A stretch of DNA of 64,000 nucleotides from Pseudogymnoascus verrucosus (taxonomy: Eukaryota), in assembly GCA_001662655.1 (NCBI GenBank), contig KV460214.1; one strand, written 5' to 3'. This document shows, in pieces, positions 12,508 to 21,613 of this stretch (position 1 is the first letter of the stretch; every line of letters starts with the position of its first letter). Position numbers and translations under genes: made by a program. A model generated the notes under the pieces. That model ran no database searches. It was not told the DNA's origin and worked only from the letters and a program-made list of their open reading frames with translations.

Positions 12508-14152
12508 ATGTCGGACTTATACAATGCAACCACTTTCACCAATCGCGCAGTGACTCCAACGGGCCTTGGTGGTTTTGCTTATCCAGACCGTCCCACCGTG
12601 TTTATCTTCCTCCCTGGCGGATGGTCTGGCGACATGTGGCATTGCGCAGCTGCAACGGCTCTGTGCCAAAGCGAAGATAAAGATGTCATTCGTGCATATG
12701 CAATCACGATCATTGGAATGAAAGAGAAAGTCAGCTTGGCCCGAGATGGCACTGTGGAGGTTTCTCCAGATTACTCGATTATCTATGGAAACCGAACATA
12801 CAACTACTTTCACTCCATTCAGATTCCTGCTCTCCTTGCCCGACTCAACAAACTGGAGAGTAGATTCCAGCCACTTTTTAGCGGCAATATCACTAAGGGC
12901 TCTGGCGAGTATTTGAATAAGATCATCGCCCTTTACCGTGCGAATTACGGGAACCCGAATGCTGTCTGCAGCTTCATGTGGCCTCTCACTCCCGAGACTG
13001 AGGAGGTTGCCAATGCACGCCCATTTCAGCTTCCCCCAAATGTCGCCAAACCAGTCTCCTTGGCAGAAGATGTGCTTTTCCCCAACGACGACGATATCCC
13101 TGAACTCGCCACAAGCGATATAAACCCTCCTTACCTGTTTGACGGAAATGAAGATGCTGTGACAGGCCCAGGCCATATGCTGCACCTATGGACTTCAACA
13201 ACTATCACCATGCAATATCTTTATGACCCCAACAAACGCGCAGGCCGCATTCAATACCTCCAGGAGCAACTTGGCAACATATCAAAGACAAACTCCACTT
13301 GGTTTCAGCAAGCGCGCGCACTTGCAGACAAACTTGTCATGCTTGCCACGCAGGAAGGTGTTGACAGGTCGAACGCCAAAAGGGTTGTGCTCTTCAACTA
13401 CCGCAAGGGCGACGTAAACAAGCAGCATGACGGGAACATAGGCCTTCTCAGTTCTGTCTCTCAGTTTGGTGCCACAAAGGGATTCGTCGTCATTGCACTT
13501 ATTGTCAATGTGCCTCAGGAAGAGGTTGATTACCTCAGGATAAACAACCATGTCGTCCTGAATCTCTATGCAAAGGGGCAATACTACGACAAGCGGTACA
13601 CTGCTACCTTTTGGTCAATCGTGGCGAACGAACTGCAGGGAACCATCGTGCAGGGGCTTATTGGTGGGAGAAGCGGAAGCATGGATATTGCATCTTTCAT
13701 GGGTGTCAATACCTGTTCATTCGATGAGCCAGTGTTTGGCAAGGGTTATAAGTTTGACGATGAATATATTCTGGCTCAAGGAGGACAGTTACTCAGATTG
13801 ATGTCGCAGTACCCGGTGATGAGCATCGTCTACGTGAGTGTGGATAGCTGGTACGATAACAGGCAGATATACAATTCGTATGATGAGCTTGACGAGAGAG
13901 GACTGGGAGAATGGCTGAATCGGGCGCCGAGTGACCCTCATATCTGCCCAGCGATATCTGTTGTGGAAGTTCGGGTAAGTATAACTGGAAACTGGGTCAT
14001 GAAGTTTGATTATCAATAGCATATATGCTGATCCACCATCGCAGTTTACTCAGGCAGGAAGCAAGTCATTGGATACCGCCTTGTTCAGAATGGAGAACGA
14101 CGACATGAGAATCAGAGCCACCAGTTTGAGGGAGCTGTTGGGGTTGCAGTAG
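12508..14152 (+). CDS. Uncharacterised protein, probable GT-B-fold glycosyltransferase (GT9/heptosyltransferase-like motifs); exons 12508-13974, 14045-14152
   Basis: 503-aa ORF plus intron 13975-14044 (GTAAGT...GCTGAT...CAG), which adds FTQAG...LLGLQ*. N-terminal VFIFLPGGWSGDM and C-terminal LIGGRSGSMDIASFMGVNT resemble GT-B motifs. The gene itself is well supported; the function is inferred. Confidence 0.6.
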
Positions 14153-14518
14153 ACGAGAGTGGGCAGCGGAGGGGGGGACTACGAGAGGTGCTATTATCCG
14201 CGTTTCCTATTTCAGTCGCCATGGCTAGATTCTCTTTTGCCAGTGATTCCATTTGACGAATTACGGTTTCAGTGCCTGAAAATGGCGGAGTATATTAACA
14301 TTCCCGAGCCACAATAGCTGTTGCTTCTATCATTAAACTTCGCGGCTTCAAAAAGGACGACCTCATTACTTCGACCTCGTCCACATTCACGAAAATTATC
14401 AGCAGAAGCAAAAATAGCATATCCAATAAAAACACAACGCTTCTCAAATTTCGCTCCTCTCCTTCGTGCTAATATACTATTACTGACCTCCATAGCCCTC
14501 GTACTCTCTGCCTTCCCT

Positions 14519-14896
14519 TCACATGACACAGCAATGCTCCCCATGCCACCCCATCTCCGCCTTCCGCGCCCACGCCTTCTCAACATGACACCCGTGACAC
14601 TCACCCTTGCTCTCCTCGAGTGCGTACTCGGCGCGAGAGCATTTCTCTACTAACTCTTGGGCTTGGGAAAGGGTTAGTTGCTCTCCCCCGCCGTCACCAT
14701 GATTGTGTGGCGGGTGGGGAGCTGGAGTAGAATGGGGGTGGGAGTGAGAACTTGGAGGGGAGTCGTTGCAGGGGAAGGTGATGATGGAGTGGGGATGGAG
14801 TGTAGTGGGGGGCAGGGGGATGAGGGAGCAGAAGCTTATGTGGTGGGTGAGATGGGCGGGGAGGCAGGTGTAGGTTGTTGTTGTTTGTTTGCACAT
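14519..14896 (-). CDS. Small Cys/His (putative Zn-binding) protein, MC-x8-C family member 1, C-terminal CaaX (CCVM)
   Basis: caaaATG start context. Cys/His spacing is shared with three neighbouring ORFs, and the protein ends in CCVM-stop. Confidence 0.75.
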   Translation of the reverse strand: MCKQTTTTYTCLPAHLTHHISFCSLIPLPPTTLHPHSIITFPCNDSPPSSHSHPHSTPAPHPPHNHGDGGGEQLTLSQAQELVEKCSRAEYALEESKGECHGCHVEKAWARKAEMGWHGEHCCVM

Positions 14897-15491
14897 TTTG
14901 ATGGTTGTGGTGGTGCTGTGTGAGGGTGGTGTTTTGGGGTTTGGAAGGGGAGAGAGAGGATTGTAGGATCGGGGGTTATATGGGGGGATATTGAATGGTA
15001 GGCGAATGAGAAGGTCGAATGAGACGAGGATTCATAATGGGATTATTGCTCACGCTGGTTGAATGGGGCTTTGCGGGGTATGAAGGGGTTTCTTTGTTTG
15101 AACAAGAGGGTTGTGGATTTTACTCGATGGAAGTGGAGGGTGGCGAACAAAACCGAAGCTTCAGGGGTTTCATGCTAGTTCAAGTGCACGACGGACTCTT
15201 CTTTGTTGTATGCGTCAGGGGCGGCGGCAGGCGGTCAAACTGAGAGGTGTTGCTCATGAGTCTCAACATCGGCCCTGCTGCCGAATTATTCAGCAGAATA
15301 GAACTTTCAAATGTCACGCACTATAAGGGCATTATTATTGATATCAACCTTGATTCTAGGCTACATTGAAAGGTATTAAATGACAGGAAACCTGCTAACG
15401 GTCGGCCGAGCTTAAACTCCAATGGAGAACTCCATACAACGGCCGAAAGCTCCTCAACCTCCATACACTCACCTACCATAGCACAGGAAGA

Positions 15492-15830
15492 TCAATCGCT
15501 AGAAATTGTCATTAAATACGTTCTATGCTTCCTTAACCATCCTCGAGCTAGTTGGTCATACTCTGCTTCACATCCCAAAAAATACCATTCATCGCCCATG
15601 ACTTGGCACTTCTCGGCAAATTCCATGACTCTATCATAGTTGGGAAGATCACAGTGTGGCACTGTCGAGCCACTACAAGCGCAGGTGCTCTCGCCTAAAC
15701 CGTCGCAGACTTTTTTGGTCGCCGTCGTGATCGCTTCAGGAGTTGCATTGTTGTTAAAGCACATGTACCGGAAGTTGCCGCAGGCATGAACAATGGAAGC
15801 ACAAAGCATGAGCAGTAGTAGGAGTCTCAT
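15492..15830 (-). CDS. Small secreted cysteine-rich protein (effector-like), 112 aa
   Basis: Hydrophobic signal peptide MRLLLLLMLCASIVHA, 8 Cys in the mature part, cacaATG context. Confidence 0.75.
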   Translation of the reverse strand: MRLLLLLMLCASIVHACGNFRYMCFNNNATPEAITTATKKVCDGLGESTCACSGSTVPHCDLPNYDRVMEFAEKCQVMGDEWYFLGCEAEYDQLARGWLRKHRTYLMTISSD

Positions 15831-16982
15831 TGTGAAATAAAGGAGGCGGCGTCAATATTCAAAGGTCCTAGATATGGTGGCAAAATAGGAGACTGGCGCA
15901 GACGCTCTAAAAGAACTTTATAGGCATCTTGAGACTCGGGAAATGGTAGCAGCAGCAAACTCTGGTGACGTACACTGTTTAAGAGTATCATTACAGAGTT
16001 TTAAATTTTGAAGCTGAGAAGTTACACTGTTCTGCTGGTGTGTGTCATGACTAACCAATTGCGCTCCAGACTCTAGATGAAGACGCAACGGTGAAAGCCG
16101 GATATGTCCAGCAGGACCATTCAAGAGTCTCACGTTTCGAAGCCGGAATAAGGACCGTTTCACTGGTGTGAATTGCGATCAACCAATCTGCCAGCGCCAT
16201 GAATTTCTAGTAAGTAAAGATACTATAACGTTGGCCAGTGGCTGGTGAGAAATATATATCTTGGACCTAGACACGCCAGAGAGACTAAGACCATAGCTAA
16301 ATCTGAACTATCACCCAATTTGAGCTATAACCCCCCGTATCTTCTTCTCCTATCAAGGAATAGTCCCATCTTGTCGAGATAGGTTCGCTATGGATATCCC
16401 TCTACAACATCTGCAACAAATTGGGCAAGGATTGAGTGGACGAAGAACTAGTATGAATTATAAACATGATGACCGAAACTTTGAACAAAGAGCCTCTTTG
16501 TTCAACAACTACTCAGATTCCGAATGAAAGAAAGATAGTCATTCTTCAACGCCCCAACAGCACATTCACCTTCGCCGTCCGCCTCGGCCCGTGCGGCAAA
16601 ACAGGGGTAAAAAGACCCCTTTGTCCATCTCCATCACTCAAAGAAAAATCTCGAAACATATACACAACCACCTCCTCCTCCTCCTCCTTCCTTCATCCTC
16701 CGCCCTCACCATCACCAAAAATGTCTCTCACTGAAACGCCGTCGCTTCCACCGTGCCGACCACAACATCACAGAACATCCTCAACAGTCTCAGACTAAAA
16801 CGCCTTTCGAGATGACGAGTATAAATACGCCCTCTTCTCCTCTCCATTCCCACTCTCCAGAAGTCACCACATGACCGCACTCGCACAACAGGATATCAAC
16901 ACGCCAACCAGGTAAGTGATCTAAACCATCAAACCAACATCACCATTATCTCTCACACAACATCCAATCCCACTCCCACACA

Positions 16983-17192
16983 ATGTGCAAAATCATCCAC
17001 ATCCGCCACCGCTGCGGCCACAGCTTCATCCAGGAGTTCCCCTGCGGGTGGTTCCGCTCACAGCTGGCACCGGTATGCCGCCCCTCGGAGTGTCCGTATA
17101 TGGAGTATATTGCTGGCGCGGATTGCTTGCTGTGTGTATGTTGTGAGGTGATGATGAGGCCGGGGGGGTATTGGCCAGGGGGGTTCATTTAG
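16983..17192 (+). CDS. Small Cys/His protein, MC-x8-C family member 2 (69 aa)
   Basis: MC-x8-CGH...C-x13-CxxC skeleton, TATAAATA at 16820, cacaATG context, C/A-rich leader. Confidence 0.7.
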   Translation: MCKIIHIRHRCGHSFIQEFPCGWFRSQLAPVCRPSECPYMEYIAGADCLLCVCCEVMMRPGGYWPGGFI

Positions 17193-17298
17193 GTGGGCGA
17201 GAAAGAAAAGGGCGGTAAGTCAGGTAAGTAGTATTTTTTTGGTTGAGTTGAGTAGTTGATATGATTTGATTTTGGGTTTTGTTATTCAAATATATATA

Positions 17299-17725
17299 AC
17301 GTATTTCACATGCGAGCGACGCACACAAGCGGGTGACGCACTGGATTCCTCACTAAAAATTAAGTATTCTAGAAGGAAATATCTCAACAACAGCTGAATG
17401 AAATATTTTAAAAATAGAGATCTAGTCCTTCTTATACATTTAGATTCGTTTTTTGTTAAATTTAAAGTAAATAGTTAAGAGGTTGTTTAGGTGTAAGGGC
17501 TTAGGTTGAATTTAAGTGCTAAGAATTACTAATTTAAAGATCCACTTAATACTATTATTTCAAAACTCTTAGGATAGAAATTTAATTGTATACAAAAGAC
17601 CAGCTATACATTTTTAAGTATATAATAAGCCTGTTGTTGAGATATTTCGTTCTAGAATACTTCATTTTTGGTGAGGAATCCAGTGCGTCACTCGCTTGTG
17701 TGCGTCGTTCGCATGTGAAATACGT
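17299..17725. mobile_element. Non-autonomous DNA transposon (MITE), 427 bp, Tc1/mariner-pogo type
   Basis: 95-bp terminal inverted repeats at 17299-17393 and 17631-17725 (5 mismatches by eye). Ends are ACGT...ACGT with TA on both sides, and the interior is AT-rich and non-coding. Confidence 0.9.
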
Positions 17726-18159
17726 TATATATTTTTTCAACATTGTTTTATTTTGATTAGTGTTTTATAGTAAGTAATATATTCTCCTTGGATGTGAAAG
17801 ATAAAGGGCGTTGGTTTTGAACTGAAAAGTAAGTAAGACAGCCAACTCTTGTACTTGCCCCGCCTTATAAAATATAACACCTTTATACTCAAATAAATTT
17901 AATAAAGTTAGAATTGTGATGATTTGACTTTGGTTTACATTTCAAATGCATTTTTCACAGTTCTTTTCACGAGCACAGAAATTTGATTTTGGTAATGATG
18001 CTGATATTGATATTTTTAAATAAGAAAAATATAATAAACACCCCCTTATATCCCTACCTTAAAAATACTCCGAGTTTCGTCTCACCGTGAGGACAAGACA
18101 AACCGCACCAATAACAACCTGCAAAAGTCAGCACACCACCACCCTCTCAAAAAACTTAC

Positions 18160-18564
18160 CTACCTCAAAAACCACCTCACCAACCTCCCCAATGCCCTCT
18201 TAAACGTCCCCCCCCTCTCCGGACTCCTCGCCCTCTCTCCCCTCACACTCTCCCTCCTCAAACTCTCCCTCCTCATACTCTCCCTCCTCATACTCTCCCT
18301 CCTACTCATCCTCTCCGTCCTGATCCTTTCTATCTCTCCGCCCCCCTCCTCACCCCCCGGGCCCCTGTACGGATGGGCAAACTCCGTAGTGCACCCCTGA
18401 CACACCTTCCCATCCCTCTTATGCGTGAACCGCTTGTAGGGACACTCGTGCTGGGATCTCCAGCGCTGTCTGGCGTAGTTGTCGAGGAAGTATTGGCAGG
18501 GCCTGGTGGCGACACTGAAGGTTTTGTGGTGGCAGATGTGGGAGGTGGAGACGATGATGCACAT
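18160..18564 (-). CDS. Small Cys/His protein, MC-x8-C family member 3, with RRES repeats and a basic amphipathic C-terminus (134 aa)
   Basis: MC-x8-CHH...C-x13-CQGC skeleton, caacATG context. A 15-bp repeat encodes RRESM/RRESL/RRESV. Confidence 0.75.
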   Translation of the reverse strand: MCIIVSTSHICHHKTFSVATRPCQYFLDNYARQRWRSQHECPYKRFTHKRDGKVCQGCTTEFAHPYRGPGGEEGGGEIERIRTERMSRRESMRRESMRRESLRRESVRGERARSPERGGTFKRALGRLVRWFLR

Positions 18565-19023
18565 GTTGGCGGTGGTTGTTGGGTTGTGGTGAATGTGGTC
18601 GTTGTTGTTGGGAGTTGGTAGTCGAGTTGTGATGCATGTGTGTGGTTGTGTCGGCGTGAGTGAAGAATTGTTGTGTGAGGAATGAGAGTCTGGAGGAAGG
18701 AAAAGAGGGGGTTATTATACTGGAAGTTGTGATGGAAGGTTATTTTCAGAGACATTTTTGAAACGAGACTCCATTGTAGAGTTGTTTTTCGACAATAGAC
18801 TCCATTGCGGATAAAACACACAAAGGGAACAATAAACTCAGGCTTGAGCCGATCCAGGCCCGAGCCGCCCCAAGTCCCCTCATAGACGCGCTGTCCAACA
18901 CAGAAATCCAGGGGCAACAAACGGGGAACCCAGCCAAAACAGCAGCCATCCCCATCACACCCCCCAACCACCAAGCAAACCACCCCCCTCCTTATAAACC
19001 AACTTAATTGAATTACTCCCAGC

Positions 19024-19105
19024 GGCACAGTGGCGCAGTGGTAGTACCACTGTCTGGACAATCTGGCCAGCGGAGGATAAAGGGGTTATGGGTTCGACAC
19101 CCGGT
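19024..19105 (+). pseudogene. tRNA-like element (Pol III A box + B box) with a broken acceptor stem
   Basis: A box TGGCGCAGTGG at 19031-19041 and B box/T-loop GGTTCGACACC at 19091-19101. The 5' GGCACAG has no 3' complement, and there is no oligo-T terminator. Confidence 0.5.
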
Positions 19106-19207
19106 GATGAAGAAAAAATGGAAATAAAGAAAGAGTTTGGAAACTAGCGATCAACACGACAACATAACATAACGACAAAAAGTAAAATCACAAAGTTGAT
19201 TTTCTCT

Positions 19208-19233
19208 CTCATCAGATCTCGAGATCTGATGAG
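19208..19233. repeat. Perfect 26-bp palindrome
   Basis: CTCATCAGATCTC|GAGATCTGATGAG. Confidence 0.9.
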
Positions 19234-19883
19234 TCTTTTGCTTTTTTGACCTTTTGATGTTTTGACCCCTTGATCTTCTGTATATCGTCGTACACATACG
19301 CGACCTTCTTCTTTCTTTTGTTCATTTACAGCTTCACCTTGCTTGACCCTTTGGTGATATGGTAACGTATTCAACCTTCTTTTTTGGCTGGGCAGTTAAT
19401 TCGATGCTGTAGGTGTATCCGGTCCAATGAATCACTCAGCATTGTTTGGCGTGGTGGAAGTTATTCAACATCAGACAGCTGCGAGAGCACAAAGAAGATT
19501 CTGATACAATGTGTCTGACACAGAGCATAAAGAAAAGTTTAACTGACACAATGTCCTTGTACGATATTATTTACAAGTTGCAGACTTCCGCATGAATAAG
19601 GGACTGTAATAACTTCTCTAACATCTCCGAATAGGACCACTATCCTCAAACACAAAATAACATTTTTTCGAATAGGACCACCATCCGCACCAGGACAACA
19701 CGACAATACTGAAACCAAACCTACTTATTTGTTCATCCATCTCTCCTGCGGCGCTGTATAAATACACCTCACTCCCACCACCATGGTATCCTCCTCTCCA
19801 GAAACCCCTATCCGCCCACATTCACACCTACACCTGCTGACAACAACCACAGATCCCCACAACACACCACCACCACCGCAACC

Positions 19884-20159
19884 ATGTGCAACCAACTGAC
19901 AACCAGCTATTCCTGCGGGCACACCAAAACAACACTCCTGCACTGCCCTCTCCACGACCCCCAAGACGCCGGCGCCTTCACTACCCCTTCGACGTGTCGG
20001 CGCTTGAAGGAGACCACGAAGAAGTGGCAGTGCGTGTGTACGTACTGCGATGAGCAGCTAGTCCGCGAGGCAGAGGAGGAGGAGAGGAGACGGAGGAGTG
20101 ACGCCAGGGAGCGTGAGAGGAAGCTGATGAAGATGAAGAAGGAGTGTAGTGTGATGTAG
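19884..20159 (+). CDS. Small Cys/His protein, MC-x8-C family member 4, charged helix + polybasic + CaaX (KMKKECSVM)
   Basis: MC-x8-CGH...C-x13-CTYC skeleton, TATAAATA at 19757, aaccATG context, ends CSVM-stop. Confidence 0.78.
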   Translation: MCNQLTTSYSCGHTKTTLLHCPLHDPQDAGAFTTPSTCRRLKETTKKWQCVCTYCDEQLVREAEEEERRRRSDARERERKLMKMKKECSVM

Positions 20160-20801
20160 GTGAGCAGGCGAAGGAGAGTGAGTATTGGTGGGAGAGAAAG
20201 AGAGCGTTGGAGTTGGGTAGGTTTGAGAGTATGAATATCAATATGCTAATGGAATAGTTCTTACGATTTGTTTGCCCATGTGTTTGCCCATGTGTTTGCT
20301 CACACTGTGATGTTACTATGATGTGAATGGAAGGTATGTCTTGAACGCTCCTTCCACATGAAGTGTATGGTATGTCTTGATCGCTCCTTTCGCGGCTTAT
20401 GAATTGCGTGGTCTCAGACCCTCAAGCTGTTGACCAAACAGACATCAGAGTCACATCACTCCCACCTACCATGTCAGCTATACGAGTCTCGACTCTCCAT
20501 CGACCCCTATTCGACATTATTTGGCACCTGCGCCATCACTCCCTATTCGCCAGTCCGCAGCCAAGTCCACATAGTGTCTCGGCCTGCGCCGACCTGCCTC
20601 TTCTGCCTCTTCTATGGCTTCTTCGGCCTCTTCTACAGTTGCATACTCCCACTCATCACCCTCCGCATGGACCCCGTGATGGCTGCTGCGTCGTGATGCA
20701 ATATGTCGCGATCCGCCCAGCCTCGCCGAGCATTCCTGCTGTCACGTCTGATATCCTCAAGAGGAAGGTGGTCGTTCGGGATTGTGGCTGACAAACGGTA
20801 T

Positions 20802-21595
20802 TCACGTGACCTCGCATCTCCAAATTTCTCCAATTTCTCCAATTTAGCTGGTGAAAATCGGATTTTCCTAGCTCGCCCCATTAAAAATTGTGGCTCAACG
20901 GGCTCAACGTTGGACCTTTCTCATCCGTCGACATGGCTCAAAATGGACATATCGCTGGTCAAAAAATCATTTATATAAAAATGCTGACCTAGTAAATAGA
21001 TATACTACCCTTGCACTCACCATACGGCCATGAATGCGTCTTTTCACCCCAAGATCTCGTCTTCTTCCATCATTCCCCGTCATCCCCGTATCATTTTACG
21101 ATCCCACCCAATTATGAGATCGGCGGTGGCAAGTGGAACCCACAGCATCGATTCAGTCGGATGGTTACGGCCTATCCAGCTACTTACCCCAGGTTTCGCA
21201 GATTTCTCGGCCACATTTCTTCTCGCGTATGGAAAGAATTTTCTCGAGTTCCCACTGCCATGTTCCATAGTATCCATAGAATGTAAGTAGGGGTCTTGCG
21301 AACGATCACGACATCGACGCTACTCTTCATGGGCCGCGCCGTCGTGGCTGTTTGCCGCTGGTTAAGCAACTAGGTAAATAGGGTCGCGACTCGCTCGTTT
21401 TTCTTTCTTGATCTCTCTCTCCCTTAACTCTCTTTCTTGATCTTCTGTTCATCTCTTCCTGTTCCTGTCATCTGTGGTGTGTATGATGGCTTGAAGGGGA
21501 TAGAATTTTCGCCAAGTTTTTGTAATAATACCCGCCCCCTTTTCACGAGGCTTGACACATAGCGTGGCGACAGTGTGAGAGGCGATACACGTGAC
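20802..21595 (+). promoter_or_regulatory. Two CACGTGAC (Cbf1-type E-box) sites upstream of the methionine permease
   Basis: TCACGTGAC at 20802 and CACGTGAC at 21588. ATTGTGGCT also occurs twice (about 20781 and 20887) and resembles the Met31/32 motif AAACTGTGG. Function is inferred by analogy to yeast MET promoters. Confidence 0.35.
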
Positions 21596-21613
21596 GCTAC
21601 CCCCGTTACGACG

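Noticed and set aside
14519..14560. a-factor-type pheromone precursor for the CaaX-ending ORFs
   Set aside because: The ORFs are 91-125 aa and carry a shared Cys/His domain, unlike short lipopeptide precursors.
19783..19852. ATG followed by an intron-like sequence upstream of member 4
   Set aside because: Splicing gives a frame different from the Cys-conserved ORF, and the ATG is only about 26 nt from the TATA box, so it probably lies upstream of the transcription start.
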